Positions 1 through 15,800 of a stretch of 64,000 nt of DNA are shown here, in pieces. The DNA is from Tubiluchus corallicola. Lineage: Eukaryota > Animalia > Priapulida. Position numbers and translations under genes: made by a program. The notes below the pieces were generated by a model. The model saw nothing but the letters and a program-made list of their open reading frames with translations. It made no database searches and was not told the origin of the DNA. The stretch's first letter is position 1. The number at the start of each line of letters is the position of its first letter. Location of the stretch: NCBI GenBank assembly GCA_030141605.1, contig JAQGDQ010000052.1, positions 558,001-622,000 on the forward strand, read 5' to 3'.

Positions 1-321
1 AACTCGTAAAAGATTATATAATGTTTAAAGTTAACTATATATCAGGCGGAATCTTTCTTTTTATGAAAATCAAAACCAGAAGCTGGGCATAGTTCCATGT
101 TGAGCACAGCTCAGAAGTTAAGTTCTTCTGCTACGCTCATAGTACTGTAATGCACTGTTAATTAGTAATTTTATAACTTTTATTTTTATATGTGCTAAAT
201 TGATGAATAAATAAATCTAATCTAAGAAAAGAAATAATGGGAACCATTTTAAGTTTATTCACGGTGTTTCACCTTGATTGCAGAAACCGTCATCATGCTA
301 AAAAAATAAAAAGCTAAACCA

Positions 322-778
322 AAGAAAAGTTAATAAGTGTCTTATATAACCTTAAATCATAATATGAAAATGGTTATTTTGCTTATTTTAGCTTTTTACA
401 TCCTTCTACTGATGACATTTACAATCAAAATGCTGTGAATAAAGTTCTTTGTTATTTCTACTTCTACATTGATTATCATATTTAGACTAAGATTTCTTAC
501 TGATAAATCGGTTATTGAGGTCATCAATGCACATTATTGGAGTGATGAAGAATGACCAGTGATAAAAAAATCCATGTCCAATTTTTTTAACCAGCTTGGT
601 TCTTTCCTCTGAGGCTTTCACACTGTCAAAATATGCACTGAGTAATAACCATTCACAGCATTTTAATTGAAAGTCATCGACAGCAGAAGAACATAAAATG
701 CTAAAACAAGCAAAATGACAAAAATGACAATTTTTGTATTAAGATTTCACGTTATAAACACACCTATTAACTTTCTTG
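322..778. repeat. Degenerate ~120-bp inverted repeat pair (foldback/MITE-like) in a HARS intron
   Basis: About 322-441 (gaaaagttaataagtgt...aaaatgctgtgaat) is the reverse complement, with mismatches, of about 650-778 (attcacagcatttt...cacctattaactttcttg). Confidence 0.6.
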
Positions 779-914
779 AAAGACAAAGTTTTAAGTACAA
801 GACTTGGTGTTAACTAAAATCTATTAAAGCTATTGTAAGTATATCTTCTTATCTGTGATCCTGTCTTTACTAATTAACAATAGGATTACATTTACTTCAT
901 TTGTATTTTGCTAG

Positions 915-4585
<3,671 letters not shown>

Positions 4586-6498
4586 CTGTTGAGTTCACAT
4601 TAATTGGTACTGCTATTAAAATTTGTACTTGGTGAATATATTTTAGATAATTTTCTGTTTATGATGTCTGTATATATTTTCCTTTTCTTTAAAAAAGACG
4701 TATTCTTAATCCGTTTAACACTTTTTGGCAGTTTGTATAAAGTTGCAAATATATTTTGTTGTTCACAGCGTTATATTGTAGATTTTGTCATTATTCCAAA
4801 AACCACAAGTCAGGAAATAGTACCAAATGTGCTCTGTAATTTGCTAATAGTAGGTGTATTCACTTAATATAAATGCTTTTTCTTGCGATTACATGAATTT
4901 TTATTGATCAGTAAAATAATACCATATTGCTGCCATTTAAAACTCACCTGAAACTCAAGTGTAACATTTTGCTTGTTTTTTTTGGTAAGAATTTGTGTCA
5001 ATGAATTTGCTATTGATATAGCCATGCCTATGTTAGATGCATTTAAACTTTTTGAGTCAGTTTCAGTTGTACCTTCAATTAGTGTATTATAAACCAGGAA
5101 AATGTAAATAACATCGGAAACAAAATCACAGATTACAGTGAATTAGCGTGAATCATGTAGAATTGTTACAATGTCCATTTGTCATACATCATGCTTGTTT
5201 GGGATATTTGCAGCAGCATTTATGATAGCAGCATACAAAAATTGTTGTTAAATAAATATAGACTATTAGATGTTAATTAACATAAAGTTCTGTACAGTTA
5301 ATAAAATTTTGGATTGAAAAATTAGTCACAGACAGTCTATTGTCATTCCTATAACAGAAAATAATATATGCAGCTACGTAAGATTTTTGACGCCTCTGAC
5401 TTTCTGTTCCAGATTTCCTTCCACTGTGGCTTTCATTGCAAAATTATTTCATTCCATCTGTTGTAAACCAGTCTCCTTTTCTATTGCTCGTTGTAAGTAA
5501 GCCCATTTTCTTTTCTGCCTGATATTTCAAGGATTATGCAGTAATCATGTGTTCCATAATTAGAGATTAAGGCAATTCGGCAACTAGTGATGACATCTGT
5601 AATAATGCTAGTGATATGTACAGAAGCTTTTTTCTTTTTCTGTATCTTAGCTTTAATGTTGTTATTTACTTGCTGTTAATAAATCAGAAACAAAGCAAAT
5701 GTTTTCATAGTTGAATTTTGGTTATTTATTTGAGCTTTTTTGGGTTCTTTTCTGTAAGGTGTTTAGAGACAATCATTTGCACATTGATCGACATTCGGCA
5801 GTTTTTACTTGAGATGGGCACCTTCAATCACACATTTGTCGGTAATTATTATGCACTTAAACATTCAGGCTTGGTCTAAACATGAACTCGTGTAATTTAA
5901 AAATTATAAATACAAATATGCACCTTCGTCAGACATTTATGTTGCAAGGAGATTTGGTTGTGAAAAATAGCCACCAGGGTGCCAATGTAATGCATAATTT
6001 ACCAGACACCTTGTCAGCATGAAATCATAAAGAACAAAATTTAAAGGTAAATTGTAACAGTTTTACAAATGGTACAATCTTCAAAATTTGTAGTGCTGCA
6101 GACCACTTTTGAATGGTCTCACTTCACACGTAGGGCTTTTGCTACTGTACTGTAGAGCTGACTGTTTCATGCTTAAGCAAACTATTGAGACTTTCTATTA
6201 ATTTCTCACTATTTGTTTATGAAATTATGCATTTAGAAACATAATAACTTCTCACTGTCACATAGTGCCACGAGCACTAGATTATATAGTGGTGCATGTG
6301 CGAATCCTCAAGACATTACAGTTATAGTATAAACTATATATTATATAGTAGCTACTATACCTAGTATAGAATCTGAAAGTTGGCATTAGTATAGCTGCCA
6401 TGAAAATAAGTCTAGGATTCAAGTACCAGTAGATGTGCAAAATTGTTCAGACTTCGAAATATCCATTTTTAAATATTGTTTTCATGTATTACGATTTA

Positions 6499-6735
6499 CA
6501 TTGCCATTATGGACCAGTTGCGAGCCATTACTGGCATTATGGCATGTACAGTATTGGCCCAGGCAAGCCAAAACTGGTAATCGGGCCAGTAACTTGCCCG
6601 TACCGCACCAGAACCGTTTGCACACCGCAATTGTACCGGCCCAATTCTGGCAGCCAGCATGGAACCAGTTACTGTGCCAAATTACAAGTTTAAGCTCTTA
6701 TGGGGTGCATTGAACCCTTATTGAGCCAGTTTAGT
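6499..6735. repeat. Dispersed repeat, copy 1 (copy 2 at ~55689-55950)
   Basis: Shares the blocks attactggcattat, ccagtaacttgcc, cccagcatggaa.cagttactgtgcca and cttatt.agccagt.tagtaa with the second copy. Confidence 0.75.
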
Positions 6736-6740
6736 AATTG

Positions 6741-6990
6741 TTTTCAATTCTAGCTTTGTTCTCAGTACTGTAATTACATGACTGAATATTGGGCATTAGA
6801 TGCTCATTATGTATTTATACAACCACTGTGAATAAAACTAGAATTCAATTAACTACAGTGACAACTACTAAAGTTCTAGTTTTATTCACTGTAGTTCTGC
6901 AAGCACATGAGCATATATGAACTCAAATATTCATTATGCAGCCATGGAATTACAGTACTGAGAACAAAGCTAGAAGCTAAAATTGAAAAA
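6741..6990. mobile_element. Palindromic MITE-like element
   Basis: Arms ttctagctttgttctcagtactgtaatt / aattacagtactgagaacaaagctagaa and gtgaataaaactagaa / ttctagttttattcac. A half copy lies at ~57385-57495. Confidence 0.75.
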
Positions 6991-7204
6991 ATACTTTACA
7001 GGCTCAATAAGGATTTAATGCTGGTTTAATTATTTTGCCTGAATGAAACCTTAATACAGCCAATTCTATAGAATGCTCACCCCCAGTCGAGAAATTTGTC
7101 AGCCCCAGGAACATTATTTTATATCTATGGCTATAATACCAGTGATACACTGATACAGTAACTAATGTATCTTTGACACAAAGAAAGCCATTGAGTATCC
7201 CGAA

Positions 7205-7570
7205 AAGATGCTTGCTCTTGACTTGCGGCACGTGCGGCTGCCGGCCATCTGCAGTCAGGGCAGTGTACTGACTGTAGGACTGCGAAGTTCATTCGAAGGT
7301 TTGTTAATGGTGATATTTACTTCCATTATTTTATCTGTATTTCAAACGTACAAATCGTCAACTGCAGCGTAACTCGCACATATTATTTTATTCAGTTTTT
7401 CACATACAGTAAATATTCCATAGTGCCTTCACTGTTTTCACATAATGAACATGTGACATCTTCTTTAAACTTATTTTCATAACACGCTTTAACTTTGACC
7501 GTATTTAATTTCCACTCTGTCTTTTCTCCGCATTCTTTGATATCTTTGTCTTCAGGCTGTTGTTTAAGGT
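7205..7570 (-). mobile_element. 5'-truncated non-LTR retrotransposon 3' end
   Basis: Minus-strand KLNTVKVKACYENKFKEDVTCSLCENSEGTMEYL resembles the C-terminal Cys motif of LINE ORF2. It is followed by a stem-loop (gcagtcag...ctgactgt) and a caagtcaagagcaag tail. Confidence 0.6.
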
Positions 7571-8499
7571 CTAGATAGATCATTTTATTTCGCACACTTG
7601 GTTCAACACTGTAATAACATAATACTAAAGAACCAATGGAAGTTAGCCAAATGCGAGGGCAACGTACGATCATGGAGTCCTTTACACGTTGCCCTTATTT
7701 AAAGATTAATGAATTTGCAGTGGTTGAATTAGCGATGTGAAGAGAAGGCAGTATTAACTTTTTTAAAATAAAATCCAATTTAACTCTAGTAAAATATACA
7801 AATTTGTAAAAGTCTTATTAACTAAAGATTTCCTATAAATAAATTTTTCTTCATGATTATTGTATGTTATGTTATTTATGAACAAGAATCTTACATAGTT
7901 AATCAGATTTTGTTTTCCCTACAATGAAATATATAATTTTAAAGTAATGCATTATATATTTCAAATGTGTGACTTAATATTTTAGCACTGTATTAATTAT
8001 TGCAATGTATATTTTGAACGAACGATTTTGCACTGTCTACTGATATGATATGATTCACAACTCCTGTTGTTTCTTTCACAGTTCTTTAACTTGAGTGAAT
8101 TTGTGAAAGTATTTCCAGAATATGAGGGTTAAGTACAGAAGCGACTAAGTTGAAGCACACATGCAGAAAAATCACTCACTGTTTTTTAGACAAAGTTCAA
8201 GAAAGTATAGCTACTGTAATTGTAAAATAAAATATGATATAAAGATGTAAAGTGAAGGGAAATAGATAGAAAACTGGCAAAAGAATGGCACAAAATGAAT
8301 GAGATGTACACTTTAAACTATTTTTTGAGCCCACATATTTCACAATTAAGTAAAAACAATATTTTTTTGATGTAACATATCTGTTACACATTGCCCGTAA
8401 CAGATATATTCTAGTGAAATGATGACTTTTATTTAAAAATGGCTACAGGTAGACTGAATAACACTCTAGCGATCAGTGAAATTTAGTGAAGATTTCGCG

Positions 8500-9880
8500 T
8501 CATTCTCTTGAATCATGATGAATCAGAAGTAAGAAAATCTTGAAAAAAGTGAAACTGCTGAAGAAAATCATGTGGTTGATGACACAAAGGAAGAAGAGAT
8601 TGAGAATACAAAATTGACTAGACAAGATGATGAAAATTTAACCTTAGCAGAAAGTACATCTGTAGAAAGAGTGTTACAAGAGTTTTATCAAGTAGGAAAT
8701 ATTAAAGAGGGGGAAAAACAAAGTAACAGTGAAGAAGCAGAGGACAAAGGAATTTGCCCTAAATGTAAAGTAGAATTAAAAGAAGGAGATGATGGATAGT
8801 TATATGAACAAGAAATAGAGAAACAAAGTAAACAAGAAGCTTTCAGCACAATCTTTTGGCTCCGTAAAGCCTTTGCCCAACATCTGAGGGGCAAAGAAGA
8901 GAAAGCAAATGTAGCGAGCAATAGAAAGGAAAAAGAAAACCAGACGAAGATCAAACGAAAATATTTGAACTGGAGAAGGAAGGACAAAGATTGAAAGAGC
9001 AAGTTTGTCACCTAACGGTACGGAATGGTGATTATGAAGAGAAAATTAAACAGTTGGAGAAGAAAAATAATTATAGCAAGGAAATAAATTATTATATGTA
9101 AACAATTTCTAAAAATTATATCAGATTGAACTAGAGATAGACAGAGTGTAGACAAATGCGCAGACGTCAGCAACGGATCAATCTGAAGTACAAAAACTAG
9201 TTGCAGAAATTGAATACAAAAAACAATATTAAGTGATATGAGAGAACAAGAGGTTAAAAGGTTAGAACAAGGAGGTAGAAACGAGAAAGATCATGAGGAA
9301 AAACTAAAGAAAAAGACGTAAAAATGAGTATATTGAAAGATGAGTGCTGACAACTGAAACAGAAATTAGAGCAAAAAAAACTAATAAGTTAGAGCATATA
9401 AGTAAAGAGAATGATACACAAGGAGAATTAGTTACGTAAAAGAATAACAGGAACTAAAACATGCTTGTGAGAAGTATCCTAAAAACAATAAGAGGCTGAA
9501 AAACCCATATGTAGAAATGTGGATATAGACATGTACGACTTGGACAAATGAAATCGGTTTGTTGGAAGTGGGAGCATAAAAATATTGTAAATACAGAATT
9601 AACTGTAAATTTTGGCATAGAAGTGTTGAAGAAAGAGAAAGTGTTAAAGCTTGGCAAGAAAGTAGTAACAGTAATAAATACTTTACTGAAAGAACATATT
9701 TTTGTAGGATTTCTGGAGAAACGATTATTGTAGTTATGATTTTGATAAAACATGAGGATCTATAGAAAATGGGAAAAGTGAGGAAAAAATGAACTGAAAG
9801 AATAGAATTCCCCAAAAAAAGAATGAGGTGGTTATAGAAATCAGCAATAAAATAGATTATCAAACAAATGTAGGTAAACC
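8500..9880 (+). pseudogene. Degenerate LINE ORF1-like remnant (CxxC, coiled coil, C3H-like finger)
   Basis: Purine-rich E/K-rich frames broken by stops; GICPKCKVELKEGDDG near 8750 and YCKYRINCKFWH near 9585-9618. Confidence 0.5.
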
Positions 9881-9907
9881 TGACTGTCCTCTGACAAATG
9901 TATGTAA

Positions 9908-11268
9908 AGGTCCTCTGGCACCTTGGTAAATATTTGCTATCAGAATTCACCACTGACTAGTGATACAAAAAATGGGTTTATTTCTTTATAAACTTGCATG
10001 CCTCGCTCTAGTTAGCATTGAAATCCTATGAATTTAGCGCCTTACAGACATCTTGCGAAAAACAAAAAGCGGGGAGAAAGTGAAAGTGATACCCCATAGG
10101 GAACAGCACTGCGCATGTGTGACTCTTACTGTATTTATATGTAGGAAAAATGAAGTGGTAATGATAAGAAAGGGGCAAGTTTCAGCGTGACATCACTTTA
10201 TTATTGCAGCTTGGTTAATTTTCTGTTTTCTAATCATTTCTGCTTTTTAAATGTCTCACTGCCAAGTTGTCTTTAGCCCAATGTGCCTTTTAAACAATGC
10301 TTCTGACAAAGAATCACCATTTTTACATTTTCCAGTGTATATATTTATATATATAATATATATATATATGTATAATTGTAAAAGAACAGTGGCTTCTTGG
10401 GTGTGATCATATGGCTGACCGGAAAAGAACTAGAGAGTGAAGCAGCATGGCATCTTTTGTTACCTGCAGTTTACATACGATTTGAGCTTGAGCAGACCGG
10501 GTATACTGTCTGAGGTTCAAAAGGAAAAGAAAATGGAACACTAACAAGAAACGCTTTTCATACAGCATTTTTAACTCTTTAAAGGAATGCTTCCTACATT
10601 TTTAGATACTTAAGAAAATGTTTAAGACATTTTTTCGAATGTGCAAGTGAGGTCCCAGAGAAGAAAAGCTTTAAAGCTTAAAGTCAGAAATATTCTTATA
10701 GTCTAAACTTTGACTGCTGATCGGCGTGCATATAATTTTGGTGCAGTCACATACCTTCATTCTACCTGTAGTTGCTCAGACGATATTTTTTGCCTTGTCT
10801 AGCAGGAAAGATGGGCAATTCTATTTGGTGCAAAAGGAAGGGATGTTCTATCCTCCTTGCGATCAAGTTTTATGCAGTTTTTACCTAAAAATTATCCTAT
10901 AATTTATCCTAAAAAAAATGCTATAGACTATTTGTTTTTATTTTTAAAAAAAATACTGAATATAGTTTACCCATTGATACCAAACTTAATATACTAGGTC
11001 ATTATCTGCATCATTTTCTGAACCGGCTCGATACAGCACGGTTTTTTTGGTGACTATATTACTTTACATCTTGCATCAATTCATTGTCGTTTCCGAGTCT
11101 TCAAATTCAAATGATGAAAATATAAAAAATATGTGACTCTGAATGCTCAACATCTTGAAAAAAATTTAAACTCATTTTATGCATCAGAACTGTTTTAAAA
11201 GTAAGCAAATGCGTAATCCCGCCTATGGTATTTAAGAAAATAACATAAAATATAGTGTCATAGGACCT
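9908..11268. mobile_element. Kolobok-like non-autonomous DNA transposon, copy A
   Basis: Termini (taa)AGGTCCtcTGgCAC ... GTGTCATAGGACCT(ttaa). Colinear similarity to 13115-14868. Confidence 0.7.
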
Positions 11269-12743
11269 TTAATAGTTGTCTGTGAAATACTGATTACTAC
11301 TTTACTTGCATATCTATCCTCATCAAAATTAAGCACATTAATTCTTTATAATGAATCCTTTGCTCAAGGGATTGAGAAGTCCAAGTACTAACAATAGGCC
11401 TCAATAACTCCTACTAATTTGCCTCATTCCTTATTTTGCAGTGTACATAAATAGTGATTTCTCTGTACTGAATGTTATATTCTCCATTAATCTGCAATCT
11501 ACAACTATTGACAAGCTGTTTGACAACTACCTCATTTCCAAATCCTAAAATATCATCTTCATAAATGTTCGGGCTTAAGTTGAGATTTTAATTATGATAC
11601 ACAGACTTCCTCAAATGTAAAAAAATGCTGTTATACCAAGTTTATTTTAGGTACATGTAGGGTGTGTTAAGCATTATTAATCTTTAAAGCATAAAAAAAC
11701 AATACACATGCTAGCAGTTCACAGAAAATCTCGGAAACGAAATGTAGCTCTGGCTTTGCACATTTGTATTTGCTGCTTAGACGCATGTAAAATTAGTACA
11801 TTTGATTATTCAGCAAAATTCAACTGTTTCAAAAGAAGGTAGGTCTATAACTGTTTGATATTATAAATGTCACTCAGACAGCACTTTTTAACTTTAATAA
11901 AGGAAAGTGCTCCTTGCATTTTTACATGCTTTACTTTTCCTGCATTATATTGAATTTTCAAATAAGTTTGGGGAGAAGAAAGATTGCTTTAAACATTCAA
12001 GTCAAAGTACTACTTGTAGTATGTCTAAAATTTGGCTCTCATATAAATTTATTTAAACTCATTTGTCATTTATCAAAGGCTTAACTTTGAGCCTCAAACT
12101 GGATTAAAGTTCTCAACTTTAGCATGTCACCAACTAAAAGCTTTTGTACGTCACAGAAAGTTACTCAAGTCCCTTTATTAGGTAACTTTCTTTATTCTGT
12201 GGTGTAGGTAGAATTATGGTAACTTAGTGTAAACACTTTTCATATTGTTTATCACTGGGCAATTCTATTTCCGAAAAAAGAAGGATGCACCAACCCTCTC
12301 CAATCACTGTGATGTATACACTTCACGTTGAAGTAACAATTACTGGAAAGTTGGGAGAAATGTTTCAAAATCTTGAGACATCTACAGAAACAGTTTTTAA
12401 AAGATTTTAGAGAGACAAATAAATTATGGTAAGTTTGATCAGTTATAAGTAACGATTGGATTTTACCATTCAGCTTTCCAGCAATCAAGTGAAGTGCTAA
12501 TGAGAGATTAGTACTGCCTTTGCTAAATATAGTAATCATCCAATGTGTTTAAGAATAGATGTGTACAAATCGTAGTTTATTTAATAAGCGATTTAGTAGA
12601 GCTTTTTAAATTCATGTAGCAAATATAAACTAGCCTTTTTTATTAATTATATTACAGACTTAGATGATGTCATCTGCCTAAACAAATGCAAATCAAGCTG
12701 AATGTGCAAGGCACCCAATCCGGAATTTAGATGATTTGAAATC

Positions 12744-12876
12744 ATGTCTTTCTCATTAATTAAAAGTAAATCATCTGCCATCATTGGCAATATGCTTTCC
12801 TGTTTGGCACTGCATTGTCGTAACTATGCAAAGAGTTCAAGGACATTTGTTCAGGTTACCAATGATGAATCGACAG
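12744..12876 (+). CDS. ECI1: ECI1 first coding exon (transit peptide)
   Basis: MSFSLIKSKSSAIIGNMLSCLALHCRNYAKSSRTFVQVTNDEST(G)|gtatga; phase 1 matches the next exon. Confidence 0.8.
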
Positions 12877-15800
12877 GTATGAGTGACATTTTTGCTTTTT
12901 TCCAAAATGTGTTTCATTGACAGTTTTGCAATATTGGTTTTAAATTGGCAACTTTTTTGTATGTGCCTGTTAATTGGCATTTGTTAGCCATTACATTTGT
13001 ATGCGGCTATCAGATTTCACTATCTTTCGTGCAGCAGCTGAAAATGTACTGCTAATTCTCACAGTAGCCAACTCTGTATAAAAATGTGTACACAACCATC
13101 TCATATGAACCTAAAGGTCCACTGACACCCTGGTAGACACTTGCTGTCACCACTGACTAGTCTGATACAAAATAACGACTTTATTTTTTCCTAAATTTGC
13201 GCGTTTCAGTTTGGTTAGCATTGAAACACTTCAAATTTAGTGCCGCACAGACATCTTGCGAACAATGAAAAATGCGGGAAGAAAGCGGAAGTGACATAAC
13301 GTTAGGAATGACACTGCACATGTGTGACTCTCATTGTATTTACATGTGGACAAAATCAAGCGATACGCCAGTAACGAAGACTGAGTTATGCATTTTGGTA
13401 TTTTAGTGTTAAGCTCAAATAATAGGTTCGTCCACACTAACTTCAATGCACTATATTTTATAGATGAAAAAAATATTAATAACGAAGTGCACAGAATAAT
13501 AGTTTTAGCATGACACCAGTAGTATTTCACGCTGTGCTGCTTTTTGTTCATTTTCTGATCACTTCTGTTTTATAAATGTCTCACTGCCAAGGTATCTTTT
13601 GTCCGACATCCCGTTCAGACAATGATTCTGACAAACAGTGATCATTTTTACGTTTTTCAGCATATAAAATTGTAAAAATAACAGCAGATTCTTAGGTACG
13701 ATCGAAGAGAAAAGAACTAGACAATAAGGCAGTAATGACAGATGATTTTATTCCTTGGGCTTTACTGGCTTTACTGACATTTTCAGCCTGTGCAGACAAG
13801 TATACTGTCTGACTTAATGTGTGGTTGAAAAGTAAAAGAAAACGGAAAGCTAAGAAGAAATGCCTTTCAGACAACAATTTTTTAACTCATTAAAATATCG
13901 CTCCCTACATTTTTAGATACTTTGGAAAACCTTTGTGGCATTTTTTGTAATGTGCATATCAGAGAAAAAAGTAAGTAAAAAATATTCTCAAAGTTTGACT
14001 GCTGATCAACATGCATTTATAAGTTTGGTGCAGTCGAGCACCTTTATTCTACGTGTAACTGCCCAAGCTTCATTTTTCACCATGCCTAGCAGGATAGATG
14101 GGCATTCCTTTTTGTGGCAAAAGGAAAGGATGTTCTATCCTCACTGCGGTCGCATTTTGTGCCATTTTTATGTTGAAGTAACATATAAAAAATCAGGAGA
14201 AATATTTCAAAATGTGAAGAAAGGGAGGTTGTTATTAAAATCAGGAGTTTCCGTTAAACTGGTAGGGTTGAAATGTTTTACTGCTAACAAAATTTAGTTA
14301 CAAAGGTTAATTATTTCCTTACTTACTGTGCATCTAACCCAAAATAGTGCCTAGCTGATTACTTGTAGCTTAATCTAATTTGCGGGAATACTCGGCACAC
14401 CTATTGTTCATACAGTCTACACATAGTTTAAATAATGGTACAATAACATCATAGTGCTCTGCATACTGTGTTTGTTACTATAAATTTGATGTCCTTTTAC
14501 AAATAAAAATTGACTCTTATAAGTTTATTTGCTATAAACAGATAAATATTATAGTAAGAAATGTTTTTAGTAATAGATAAATCATTACTCAGCAATAACC
14601 GTTCTGTTCAATGTTCACGGTGCTCTGCTTGCTGAGGTCACTGGCTGTCTACTGTACTGCAGCTGTTAATTGCCGCTTCCTAACGTGACGTCACAGCACT
14701 GAGTGTCATGGCGGGAGATAATATTTGTGACAGTACCAACAGCGCTTAATTTAAGTTACCATATCACATAAGAGCATGCATCAAAACTGTTTTAAAAATT
14801 AGGAGATATAGAATTCCGCCTACGCTTCAAAAGAAAATAACATAGAAAAAAATAGTGTCATAGGACCTTCAAGCTGCAAATGTTCTGATTAATGGCAATT
14901 TATTATCTTTGGTAAAATCATTGATTATTTTTTCTAGGTGTAACAACTTTAGCTCTGAATAAGCCACCTGTGAACAGTCTTAATTTAGATCTTCTCACTG
15001 AAATAGCAGAAGAAATTAGTCAACTGGAAGATGACAAATCAACAAAAGCCGTTGTTCTGACATCTGTAATTTTTGCCGTCTTTTTTTCAAACTTCACTCA
15101 CATATCAATAGCATTTTATAGGATACTTAACCTTTCTTAATGGTTATCTGTGATGTTGTACATTCTTACAATATATCAGTTTCTGTAAAATCATTGGATG
15201 GTAGAACTGTTCAAATATCTTTCCGTATGAGATCAATACTGCAGTAAAAACTAAAGATGAATTTTCATTTTACTGAAGTATAAATTTTGTTTCAGTACAT
15301 ATCAATGAGCTAGTAGAAATTGTACTAGTGTAACCCAGACATTACATTCTTCCCTATCCAAGTTTAGCATTAACTGTAAAATTATGCCATGCTCAGAAAA
15401 GACCTTAACATTAAAAAGAATTTTAGCAAATTACATATTTTTAAGAAAACCTCATCCTCAACTGTTCATCCAGTCCACAAATCATTACAGTAGAAACTTA
15501 ATTTTGTTTTTTTAGTTGTAAAACTTTAGCATAAGTTATCCAGGTAGTTACATAATCAAGTGCATGTAACTTGCAAACACTTAGGACAATATAAAATAAT
15601 ATTTGTCTGCAAGTGTAATTACTTCCTATGAATTAATGTCACCTGAAATACTGAATCTTATTCAGTATTTTAATTTTGAATTTGAAATATAGCTTACATT
15701 TTTCGCTTTGGGAAAATTGCTCTCCTGCTCTTACCATTCTTTTCTTGGCTTTTTATTTTTTTGGTACAATAGTCAATTTTTGACATAATCAAAACAGTTG

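Noticed and set aside
9432-9953. 173-aa hydrophobic minus-strand ORF
   Set aside because: It is the antisense shadow of the A/G-rich ORF1-like remnant, with no splice or domain support.
13935-14297. 120-aa ORF in ECI1 intron 1
   Set aside because: It lies inside the Kolobok-like repeat, and the homologous copy shows no equivalent ORF.
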